From contig CATNEN010000041.1 in assembly GCA_950097015.1 (NCBI GenBank), positions 1,426,001-1,490,000 of the forward strand: a stretch of 64,000 nt of DNA, given 5' to 3'. The number at the start of each line of letters is the position of its first letter. The first letter of the stretch is position 1. The notes below the pieces were generated by a model. It saw nothing but the letters and a program-made list of their open reading frames with translations, searched no databases and was not told the DNA's origin. The DNA is from Macrostomum hystrix (taxonomy: Eukaryota > Animalia > Platyhelminthes). This document shows positions 24,710 to 36,400 of the stretch, in pieces. The translations under genes and the position numbers were made by a program.

Positions 24710-25559
24710 GTCAAGCTATTGTGCATGTATTCAGCCGGCTTTCATGCGATGGAGGCCGTAACCAGAAGTTCACCGTCGCGATCATTCTGCTATATTTTGC
24801 TAGAAATTGCAAATTTGCTAGAGCTTGCGGCAGTAAGGCAAGGCGTATTGTTAATCTCGTAGCGAATTTGAATTTAATTGGTCGAATTGGACAGATAGAC
24901 GAATCCCCTAGCAGCAGAAAACTGTCGCTTTGTCGATAATCAAAAAGCAATTTCGTTATTTCCCAATCTGGACATTCTCCTCTGCAATGAATGTATCTTT
25001 CAAGCAGGTCGGGTTGCTGCTTTGTTGGCAAATTTCCAACTGTAATAGTTACAAAATCCTGCTTTCTATTGTTACTTCTATTATGACGCCAGGAAAAATT
25101 TTATCTTCTCTCGACCTGAGATGTTTTTTCAGTTTTTTTTTCAATTTTTCGTTTATTTGCCTGTTTGTCTGTCTGGTTGTTTGTTTGCCTGTTTGTCTAC
25201 CTGCAGAATAACAAAAATTGAAATTGGTACAGAATTTTGTTGCCAATAGTTAAAAAAATGAAGCATTTTTGGCGGTTTGTTTTGAATAATTTCTTTGTGT
25301 TGTCTATTTGAGTTTTCAGAATTCAGCTTCGAGATTTGAGTACACCATTGGGCTACTCAGGCTAGGACTTCTTTTGTCCCAGAAAGTGGGTCTAAATGTT
25401 AGCCAGATACCAGACTAAATAATTTCCGTTTGAACACAATCTTCAATCAAATTCACATTTAGACTTGGATTATTTATTTAGTATAGGTGGATGACGCATA
25501 AAGTGCAGCTAAAAAGCTTCAAGTCCCATCAAACTCGTTAGGTACGATGCAGAATTTAT

Positions 25560-25620
25560 TACCCAATTAGCTATAATTGAGGGCAGTTGAGTCTTGTCCA
25601 GTCCATGGACTGGTTGGGGG
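25560..25620 (+). mobile_element. Short fragment of SINE family 2
   Basis: TAATTGAGGG...CCAGTCCATGGACTG matches the 18204 copy near 18365-18405. Confidence 0.4.
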
Positions 25621-25853
25621 GCGCCACACCTGCTTAAGTTTCTAGCCCAGATAATGCTGCCCCCCTCAGTTTACACCTGGGCATAATGAAGATACGGATA
25701 GATGTAGGTATACTGCTCAAGGTTAAAAATAGTTACCCTAGACTGTCAAAATTCGAACTCAGGACCTCCCGGTTAGTAGTCCAAAACTGGCTATGCGAAC
25801 CTGCTTCGCCCTCCGCAGTGCCAACTCGAGCTGGAACTGCAGCCAGCAACGCC

Positions 25854-27208
25854 ATGAAAAACCGGTCAGCCGCGGCCACATCGGACCCCGATGCGCAGCA
25901 GCACAGTCGGCGGCGTCGGGCGCATCATCATCAGCATGGCCGTCGGCATCATCAGCAGCATGCACCTCCGTCCAAAAGAAGCCGGCTTGACGGCAGCAGC
26001 GCCAGCGGTGCCGGAGGCAGCAGCAGCCTGCGCCAGGTGGGCCAGTGGAAGCCGGAGGATGACCAGCTGCTAGTACAGGCGGTGCTGGCGCTGCACGACC
26101 TCCGGGCTGTTCACTGCTGCGTGCGCTTCAGCTGTGCCTTCGCCGAGTCCGAGCTTCGCGAACGCTGGCGCGGCCTCCTGTTCGACCGAACATTGTCCGG
26201 CCTGGCTGAGCAGGCCGCCCAGGCCCTGCCGGCCCCGATTCGCTTCCTGCTGCGCCGACGGGCGCCCTTTTCCCAGGCAGAGGAGGACCTGCTGGCTGCC
26301 GTGACGCCCGCTCAGGCGCAGCCGGAGGGCCGCCTCTCCCTGGCCTGCTTCGAGAGCCTGCTCGCCACCCGGCCTGACGTCTTTGGCAACAGCTGCCGGA
26401 CAGCCAAGGTGGGTGACGGAGCCGCCAGGTTGCCCGCACAGGGGTTGCCAAATCTCTGACCTTGTTGATCCCAGACACTGCTCAATCCCAAATCCCTCTC
26501 ACCTTCTCTAACGGTTATCTTCAGGCGCTGCACCGGCACTGGGAGCTGCTTCGCCGGCACGGACTGCTCCGCGCCTGCCCGCCGCTCGCCTGGCCGGTTG
26601 GTGCCCCCGCCACCGACTTCAAAGACGCCGAATTCCTGGTCGAGCGCTTCCGCTCCGCCGCGCCCGGCCCGCCCGGCCTGCCAGCCGAGCTGGACTGGGA
26701 GGCCCGACGGGCCCGACGCCGCCTCTGCCGCCTGGAGGAAGAGGCGCGGCGCTGGCAGATCGCCGCCCGAGACGCCCTGCCCCCGACAGCCCGGCCGCCG
26801 GAGCCCAGCGACCAGTTCGTGAGCAGCGACGGCCGTCCCGGCCTGGCCCTGCTGAAGGGCACTCGGGCCAGCTTCCTCATCTCTGGACTGTGCGTCAGCC
26901 TTGGCCGGCGAACCGAGGCCTGCGGCGTCGACATCGACCTCGGCCTGGAGGGCCCCAGCGGCAAGGTCAGCCGGCTGCATGCCTACGTGCGCCTGCTGGA
27001 GTCGGGCGCCTTCCAGCTGGAGAATGTCGGCCGCCGTCCCGTGTTCGTCAACGGCGAGCCCGTCTGCACAGGCGAGGCTTGCCTGCTGTCCGCGCCTTCC
27101 CTCATCATCATCGGCTGCCTGGCATTCCGCTTTCTCATCAACCCGGAGCTGCACACTGGCCGCTTCCGGCGGGCCATCGCGGAGGCCCTGCGCGCCAGGC
27201 GAGAGTGA
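25854..27208 (+). CDS. MCRS1: Microspherule protein 1 (MCRS1/MSP58), 412 aa; exons 25854-26408 and 26525-27208
   Basis: MCRS_N motifs WKPEDDQLLVQAV...VRFSC.F...ELRERWRGLLFD...RTAK|ALHRHW. C-terminal FHA domain LGRRT...DIDLGLEGPSGKVSRLH...GRRPVFVNG. GT-AG phase-0 intron. Start ATG chosen just after an acceptor-like site at 25817-25818. Confidence 0.93.
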
Positions 27209-27242
27209 CCTGCAGACTGCTTTTTGGAGTGATCCGTAGCCT

Positions 27243-27368
27243 TCAGGAGTGACCCTGAGCCCACAGGAGTGACCCTGAGCCTTCAGGAGTGACCCTGAGC
27301 CCACAGGAGTGACCCTGAGCCTTCAGGAGTGACCCTGAGCCCACAGGAGTGACCCTGAGCCCACAGGA
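27243..27368. repeat. 20-bp minisatellite (CAGGAGTGACCCTGAGCC[CA/TT])n, about 6 copies
   Basis: Read directly; lies just 3' of the MCRS1 stop codon. Confidence 0.9.
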
Positions 27369-28099
27369 ATGATAGCAGACAGGAGTGAAGGTGACTGTAG
27401 TCTATATGAAATGCTAGAGTGTAAGCCTGTATTTAGTTATTGAATGCTGTAAACTTGTTGTAAATACCCACCATCTATTTGAGTCAGTTGCAAGTGGCGT
27501 TTGATATTTCTGCATTCTACACAAAATTCAGCTAGCCTGCATTAGGTCATAAGCGGAGCATTCCATCGTGTGTCAAGTTTGAAATGATCGGTCTATTTTT
27601 TCGTGCTGGTTGATGAAAGTCGAGTGCTTCAATCAGTGGCAATCTAATCGTATTTTTGCTTATCGTGTTTTTGTTTGTAAAAAAATAATATCGATAAAAA
27701 GTTTTTCTAGTTGCTTGGAAGCTAAACAAAATTCGCTCGCATATCATGGTTTTTGTTTATTTGACACGCGCTAATTGCTACTGATAAGCCGGCAAGTCAG
27801 TAGCGCACTGCGGCCATCGAATTCAACTTGCATTCAACGGGAAATCCCACCCCGACCCGCCTGTCCCGAGAGGCCAGGAATAGAAACTTTTCTGTGTCTT
27901 CTGTTTTATAAATAATAGGCCATCTAATTTCAATAGGGTCAGCTGCGCATCTCATTGTTTGAAAGCGCACAAAATGGTCCTTTGAGGATGAATTTGAGCA
28001 ATGCGAAACCTGAGACTGCTTTAGTACGCCAGGGCTTTGTGGGTGCTCGAGTTGCACTTCGGATTTCAGAGGCTCCCAAGCTGCTCTGCTCAATGCTCT

Positions 28100-28102
<3 letters not shown>

Positions 28103-28160
<58 letters not shown>

Positions 28161-28163
28161 CCA

Positions 28164-28255
<92 letters not shown>

Positions 28256-28256
28256 G
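28103..28256. repeat. Compound (CCTG)n(TCTG)n microsatellite
   Basis: Read directly from the sequence. Confidence 0.95.
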
Positions 28257-29169
28257 GCTGTCTTGTTCTTACTGTAATTGAGTGTTTGCATTCGCAAGCT
28301 GCAGCAACTCGGCTGCTTAGCCAAAGTGAAATCACTCAATTAATAAAGAAATTGGGAAACGAATTTCTTTGCTTCTTAAGTGACAGGCGGGTATTCTAGT
28401 CTGTCCTCTTAACAATGGGAGAATTGTGGAGTGCCCAGACAATTTTGTTCCCTTAGCTATTATGCCTGAGAATCTGTGTGCTTAAGTAAGTGATGTTAGG
28501 CTCCTGTGGTCAGTAAAATGTGATTAATTATGCATGCTCTAATTCTCGCACGATCTGTGCTAGTCTGTGCTGTGAGCCGTGAGAGCCACGGGCTCAGCCC
28601 CCGCTGCCCCCTGATCCCCGGGGTGTCCGCCCTGGGTTGGGCGTTAATGCTCTGCGCAGATTGATTGACGCAGTCAAAATCTCAATAGCCTGTGATTGGA
28701 GCGCTTCAGTTATCGACTTTGCGCTAATAATCAATGGGCTGAAATAGTCAGCACAATGAAACCGATTCATCTGGGTGAAACCGGGCGTGAGACTCAGTGG
28801 GAAAATGGGATATTGCGATGCTCTGCCGCCTCTGCGTGTCTCATCCTGGGTGGCCTCCCAGCGTCCTCCATGCAGTTTACGCTGTTTGCAGGGGCTGTGG
28901 AATCCTCCGCCAGCCGGCCCACAACTCTCGGGCGCGCTGAATTATTCATCGGTAAAAAATTAATTTGCCCCTTTTTACTAATTGATGACGGGCCTTTGCC
29001 GGCAGCTTTTTCTCCTGGCTTTGGGATCGTCTTTTTAATTGGTAACGGCTGGTTTCAAGCCTATCAAACATGACAAGTTTGTAAAAACTGCTGCAATGTT
29101 TAGTCTGGGATATCTGGCAAGAGGAGTGAGATCTGCGCAAGGGGATTTTGGGGTGTCGGGTCTGCGTAA

Positions 29170-29360
29170 TGGGTGGGGATTCAAGTTGTGGAGGTCTATA
29201 AAAAGGGGATTTGGGTTGTGGAGGTCTGTAAAAAGGGGATTAGGGTTGTGGAGGTCTGTAAAAGGGGGATTTGGGTTGTGGAGGTCTGTAAAAAGGGGAT
29301 TTGGGTTGTGGAGGTCTGTAAAAGGGGGATTTGTGTTGTGGCGGTCTGCAAAATGGGGAT
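29170..29360. repeat. 30-bp minisatellite (TTGTGGAGGTCTGTAAAAAGGGGATTTGGG), about 6 copies
   Basis: Read directly from the sequence. Confidence 0.85.
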
Positions 29361-30212
29361 CTGGGATGTGGGAATGTGTGGGTGTGGATAAAGTGTGGGG
29401 ATTGAGCTAGTTATGAATAGGATAATCTGTGTATTGGGGGTCGGCAGATTTGTGAAGGGTGATTTAAGGTGCCGTGAATCAATTCGATGCCGTGAAGGCA
29501 AGTACAATGAGTAGGATGCAATGTCATTGCAGTATTTCGATCCTCGGAAAAAACTGCATCGAATCTTTCGGTATTAATTTTATCCCGCGCGTTTCGTTAT
29601 CTTACATTTGGGATCAAAAGGCGCTGCTGCACTGCGGCGCTGCCCCGCCCCTCGCCCTGGGAGCGGGCAGGCGAGTCTGATTAACTAGCGATCTGCTGAT
29701 GCGGGCCCGGAATCGAATTGGTGACTCACCAGCAGCTCCTGGGCATCGTTATTTCCCATTATAATTAGTGCCTGCACGGGCAGCTGGCAAACACCTGACG
29801 CCTCCCAAATCCCTGTCTCATCTCCTGCCAATTACGCAAATTGTCTGCGCGCTGCGGCAACAGCAGCAGCAGCAAAATCTGCAGATTTCCTCCATCTTTC
29901 TCCATCTAGCAGATCCCAGATCCCAAATTTCCGCTCCCTCCCGCCTGCCCGGCTTGAGGGGGTTGGCGGCAGCGATTGTGGCACTCGAACCGATTCCAAA
30001 GACTCGGCCTTTGAGTTTGTTGCGTGATTGAGCATGCAATTTCTTAGAAAGCAGAGCCAAACCTGCTTGTTTCGCTACTGTCCCCACGATGGCAATAGAG
30101 GAGATGGCTGCCGCTTTTCAGGAGCATTGTAGCGAACTCATTTGTGCTATTCTATTGCTTTTGAGCGCTTCTTTGAGCTGCTTTTTTATTGCCTTTAAAT
30201 TGCTCTCCTCCT

Positions 30213-30468
30213 CACGTCCCTCTCATCCAATCTTCTCACATCCTTCTCATCCAATCTTCTCACATCCTTCTCATCCAATCTTCTCACATCCTTCTGATCC
30301 TATCTTCTCATGTCCTTCTCATCCAATCTTCTCACGTCCTTCTCATCCAATCTTCTCACATCCTTCTCATCCAATCTTCTCACATCCTTCTGATCCTATC
30401 TTCTCATGTCCTTCTGATCCTATCTTCTCATGTCCTTCTCACCCAATCTTCTCACATCCTTCTCATCT
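30213..30468. repeat. 24-bp minisatellite (TCTTCTCACATCCTTCTCATCCAA), about 10 copies
   Basis: Read directly from the sequence. Confidence 0.9.
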
Positions 30469-32377
30469 CCTTGCTCTCTACACGCTCTCTCTGCTCCTAG
30501 CAGGCAGTTGAGCTGCAAAAGCAGCAGAAGCCGCAGCCAAGGCAAGCCCAGCACGAAGGATCCCAGTCTGACAATGAAAGCAGCGTCCTGACTTCACCGG
30601 CCATTATTCTCGTCAGCCTTGGCTGGTCACGTCTTCTCACAATTGATTTTCTTCAGCTTTTTCCGTCTTTTAAAAACTTTTTTAACAGGCAGCCCTGGAG
30701 ATTCCCAGTTGTAGCTTTGTCCTCCAACAGCTCACAAGTTGTGAGGCCAGTCCAGTGGCGTTTCTACTAATTGAATACAAAAAAATAAAAAATAGGACAA
30801 TTGTGCGATGATGGGAGCGAGGCTTGGCATTGTTGTTGGCCGAGGGAAGGGGGAAATTAATTGCAGAGTTTCAGATCCCAGAGCAGTCCCCAAGTTGCAC
30901 AGATCCTCGGCTGCGGGGGCTGTCTGTTCCCCATTGTTGCGGCACACGGGGAGCCAGTTGTCTCTGAGAGTCACTTCAGCTCAGGCCAGGCTGAGTCTGT
31001 TCTCAATATAAAGCTTTTCTTCGGGCCTCCTTGAGCATTATTGCGGGCGGGACGGGCCACTCAAACACGGCAGTGGGGCGACTCCAATTGCAGTTGGGGG
31101 ACATTGTGAATCAGCCCCTCTCCCGAGTGACCCAATTAGTTTTAATTGGGATTTTGGGAGCCGCGTGCCGAAGGAAGGGCGCAGTCTAGTGAATCATTGC
31201 TGCTGGGAAAATATCCCTCTTGTGTTGGGAGGCCGATTGGGAGTTTTTTTCTCTCGGCTGGAAGGATTTCGCCTCGGCTTCATTAGTGCCCCCAGAGGGC
31301 AGCCAATAATTCATTTTAATTAGATCCCCTCGCCAGGTACGCGGTGTGGCGAGCCTCGCCTTCTGTGCGAAAATCCGGGCTGCATCGGGGGGTTGCTCTT
31401 CCTGGCAGACTTTTTGTGGGGATTCGAGACGCGATTTTGATTCGTCTCGGGATTCAAAGGATTGTAATTTTGGGATTTTTGGGATTTAAGGATTAAAGGG
31501 TTATTATTTTAGGACCTGAAAAATTTGTGTGATTTCAGGATTTCGTTTTTGGAAGTTAAAGGATTGTGTTTTTTTATTTGATTCTGGGATCTGAGATTTT
31601 AGTTTAGGATTCGAGGTTTGTAAGTTTCGTATTCAAAGGATCGGCATTTTGGATTCAAGTTAATTTATAGATCTTATATTTGAAAATCAGAAGAAGGCGG
31701 TGATCTAGAAGATGGAATTTTTCGGATCCGACGGAAGGTCATTTTCGGGATTGGAAATAATGTGTTTTTTGTGTTCTGAAGAAAAAGAATTTTGTTAGCG
31801 ACAAAAGTTCAAACGAGTGTAGCTTCGGTGTCTGCGAGTGTCCCCTAAATCTGATAGCACAGGTAATATCACAGACCCTTGAAAACTGCACGCCGCAGTT
31901 CAGTTGTAGGTGAACTTGGAGTTTGCCGAGTTAAACATTTGAAAGGTAAACACTGTGCGCGGTCATCCCAGCTGGACAGATTAATTGTTTGTTAAACAGG
32001 CGCCGCACTATTTATACTGCCGGGTGGAACAGACAGCAAAGTTAGCATTCCGAAAAAGGCCGGCACCCCCGGCCCCGGTGACTGCCACCGCGGCTTGACA
32101 TAGCAGAACTGCAAGTTTTCGCAGTGCCTCCGGAACTGAACAAAGCGGCAGCGCTATAAATCAGAGGACAGCGAAGCGAATCGCATTGCTTCTTAGGAGG
32201 GGATTTTTACGGGAAAATATTTTTTTATCGGCTCCCATGGAGCGGTAAGAACAAAAAGAACAATGGGAATGCGATAAGAATTGAAAAGGCAGGAAACTCT
32301 GGATATAGTACCAAAGCGTAAGATTCTATGATCTAGAATTCCCTATGATTCTTCATCTTTCCCAACCGAATGCAGAC

Positions 32378-32966
32378 TTCATAGATGTCAGATGGATCAC
32401 AGTTGGATATATGACACATAGATCCCAGTTGGATAGATGCCACATAGATCACAGTTGGATAGATGTCAGATGGATCACAGTTGGATAGATGTCAGATGGA
32501 TCACAGTTGGATATATGACACATAGATCCCAGTTGGATTGATGCCACATAGATCACAGTTGAATAGATGACACATAGATCACAGTTGGATAGATGCCACA
32601 TAGATCACAGTTGGATAGATGCCACATAGATCACAGTTGGATAGATGCCACGTAGATCACAGTTGGATAGATGCCACATAGATCACAGTTGGATAGATGC
32701 CACGTAGATCACAGTTGGATAGATGCCACATAGATCACAGTTGGATAGATGCCACGTAGATCACAGTTGGATAGATGCCACATAGATCACAGTTGAATAG
32801 ATGACACATAGATTACAGTTGGATAGATGCCACATAGATCACAGTTGGATAGATGTCAGATGGATCACAGTTGGATAGATGTCAGATGGATCACAGTTGG
32901 ATAGATGTCAGATGGATCACAGTTGGATAGATGCCTGATAGAGATCACAGTTGGATAGATGCCAGA
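32378..32966. repeat. 26-bp minisatellite (CACAGTTGGATAGATGCCACATAGAT)n
   Basis: Read directly from the sequence. Confidence 0.95.
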
Positions 32967-33061
32967 TGTTTGGAGGTCGATGGTTCGAATCCCGAGAGAA
33001 ACACTTTAAACTACAATATATTCGATAGCGTTGCAACAACTTTGAAACAAGCTGCAACAGA

Positions 33062-33067
33062 TTTATT
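33062..33067 (-). terminator. Candidate polyadenylation signal (AATAAA) of LMO4
   Basis: TTTATT on the + strand, about 370 nt downstream of the LMO4 stop, in an AT-rich context. Confidence 0.4.
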
Positions 33068-33431
33068 TTAGTATTTTATATTCAACAATGTCTAATCGAA
33101 TAATAAACCGGCTGCTATTGATAAAACGACGGCCTTCTTATGTACAAATCAATCAGCAATCGGAGCGCGGGCACGCAGCTCGGATGCGAATCATGAGTTG
33201 GCACTGAAGATGCCTCAACAGCGGGTCTGTCTGGGATTTGAAAGTGAATCTTGGGACTTTTCGACTGTCCGTCAGTGCGGTGTGTACTTTTAAGTTCATT
33301 CACGTTTCCTGGAATGGATGTCTGGTCCGGCGATTGGACTCTTCAAATGGATTGCTCGACTAGCCCCCCTACTCGATAGTTATGCTCTGCCAACCCCGAC
33401 AAGTCAGTCAATTCTGAATTCTGGGCCGCGG

Positions 33432-36400
33432 TCAGCAGACGGGCTGCAGCGGCGGCTGCTGCTTCTGACCGCCGCCTTTCTTCTTCCCGCCGCCGCCTCG
33501 CTTGGACGCCGCCGTCGGAGTCGCGGCCGACGCCGCTGCGGCAGCCGAGGAGGCGCCGACTGACGCGAAGGCCTTGGCGAAGTCGGTCTCGCACACGGGA
33601 AGGCCGCTGGGCAGCAGGGCGTAGCGGTCGCCGGTCTGTAACGGGCAGCGACACTGGGAGCAGACAAAGCACTGCACGTGGTAGACCCGGTTGTTGCTAG
33701 GGGAGCGCAGGACAAAGTCCGTGGCCGGAATGTGCATCGAGCAGCCCGCGCAGGTGCCGTGGCTGCCGAACAGCCTGCGGGAGTGGGCGGCGGTGTGGAC
33801 TGCTGGCTGGCCTGACGGAGAGGCGAGACTGGGATGGAGAGGGGAGACTGGGATGGAGAGGGGAGACTGGGATGGAGAGGGGAGACTGGGATGGAGAGGG
33901 GAGACTGGGATGGAGAGGGGAGACTGGGATGGAGAGGGGAGACTGGGATGGAGAGGGGAGACTGGGATGGAGAGGGGAGACTGGGATGGAGAGGGGAGAC
34001 TGGGATGGAGAGGGGAGACTGGGATGGAGAGGCGAGACTGGGATGGAGAGGGGAGACTGGGATGGAGAGGCGAGACTCGTAGGGAGAGAAGACTGAGGGG
34101 CGACTGGAGTTAAGGAAGTAGAGGAGGAGGCATCAGGTAGATTTGGCTGCGGTTTCCTGTGCCCCGAGTCTGTTATCGCCAACCGAAACCACAGTCCAAT
34201 TCATCCGGTGCGCATTTTACAAAAAAAAGATTCTAAAATCCAAACCCTCAGTTCTCAGACTGACAGATTTCATAGCAAGCAGTTCGGCCTAGCAACAGCT
34301 CCCATTTAGCTACTGCCCGAGTGCAGCAACCTGTTTACCCAGGTGCCCCAGTCAGTTAGCAGGCAAATATTTGATTTATTGCATGTCAACAAGCCGCGTG
34401 GTTTCATGAGCTGAAGTGCCTCAGCAAGGATAATCGAAAACAGATCTTGACAGGCACAGGCACTACACCGAGTCACTCACTGAGAAATCTAACTCTAAGG
34501 ATCCTTGGGAGCTTCTGCCACACACTGAAGGACATTGGGCAAAATGTAACAATAATATTAGCTGGAGGCTGGCTGCAGCCAGCGAGGAGGCAATTACACT
34601 CACACAGGTGTGTACATCTGCCCTGACTTTCTCATCGTCAGGCAGTGTACACTTTCACCGTGCCTTGGAGATCGGCCCTTAGGGGTGTAAATTGCACGGC
34701 AAGCCCCCAAGCCTTCTCTCCGCAACTGCGCCCCAAATGAATGTGGCCTCGCCGCGGAATCGGGCTCAGGGACCTCGGTGCGAGAGGCAAACGCGTTTGA
34801 CCGCTCTGCCACTGACCCCCAATCATGGGGATCACACTGAGGGATCATGGGGATCACACTGAGGGATCATGGGGATCACACTGAGGGATCATGGGGATCA
34901 CACTGAGGGATCATGGGGATCACACTGAGGGATCATGGGGATAAATTCTGACACACACTGAGGGATCATAGGGATCACACTGAGGGATCATGAGGATCAC
35001 ACTAAGGGATCATGGGGATCACACTGAGGGATCATGGGAATCACACTGAGGGATCATGGGAATCACACTGAGGGATCATGGGGTTGCATTCTGACACGCA
35101 ACACTAAAAGTTCAACAAGTCAGCGTTGAAGTGACGTGGTTAATTGATCTGGCAACGTCATTTCACTAATTGGCAAAGCGCGCAGTCACGCAGTCCGTCA
35201 CGATATCCTGCAGTTTTCTCTCAAATGATGATCAGCGGCGGTATTTTATGCAGTCATGCAATGAGTTGCTCATGCAGCTACGGCTGTCCCCGCGGCCATA
35301 TTTCTTTCAGCCACTGGGAGGCAATTTACAATGTCAAACTTATCATTCTTGACTCCCCATGCAGGGTGTTTGCAAATTTCATGACGAATGGATACAGCTG
35401 TTCTACTGTCGGCCCGCCTTCATTAATTCATCAGCTATTGCTGATCGTGGCGTCGTGGGGGCGGGCAGAGGGCGGGGAGGAGCGCCCCCCTGCCCCCATC
35501 CACAGGGGTGAGGAAACTGACCCCAACCCCCTCTGCACCGGCTGCAGCCCCTCCTTTGTCTGGCATTGTTGTGCGGCCATTGTGAGCGGCCCCGCAGCCC
35601 GGAGGGGAACTGGGCCGAGTGAGTAATCCCCAGCCACATCCGACTCCGCAGCGCGCCGCTTATACTGCTGCGGTCCACAGGGGAACTGACCCCCTTCTGG
35701 CGTCTTTTGAGTCTCTCCTTCGCGAGTTTCCTTCGCTTTAGAAAACAACTTGTCAATCAAAGATTTCCAGCTCCCCTCCATCTCTGGTTTGTCTGTGCGG
35801 CAACAATATCTGGCAAATTCTGGGGCGCGAGTTCTGCTCCCATTGGGAGACAAAGCGGGTTAATGAGGCCATCCAAGGCCATGAAACAGGATGAGAGATG
35901 GGATGGAGCTGCAGGCACTGGTGAGCAGTCTCACCTGATGTAGTCATTCCTGCACAGGATCATGCCTGCCCTGGCGAAGCAGGACGAGCCAAGATCTGAC
36001 AGCGGGATGCTGCAGTGGTGGCACTTCAGGCAGCGAGTGTGCCAGCAGCGGTCGACAGCCTGCAGCAGGAACTGCTCGGTGATCGGGCCGTTGCAGCCGG
36101 CGCACCAGGCGCCCTGGACTGGATGCTGCTGCTGCTGCTGTATGTGACCTCCTGGTGGAAATAAAAAACTATAAACTTAGTCAAAGTTAGCAAACTCTCA
36201 AATACAGTCAAGCCAATCACAATGTCTGGAGCTAAGTCTCATTGCACACTGGCATCTCAACCACATTTCGATTATCCATTTGATTTGTGTCAGTCCACAG
36301 TGGGACAGCCGGCAGGCCTCACCTGAATGCTGAGGGTTCAGGGGACAGTCGGCAGGCCTCACCTGAATGTGAGGGCTCAGGGGACAGTCGGCAGGCCTCA

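Noticed and set aside
25686-25853. N-terminal extension of MCRS1 from the upstream ATG
   Set aside because: Non-coding-like composition, and an acceptor-like site precedes the ATG at 25854; not fully excluded.
30089-30511. ORF with a hydrophobic N-terminus resembling a membrane or secreted protein
   Set aside because: Most of it is the 24-bp array, and the hydrophobic part arises from a T-rich stretch.
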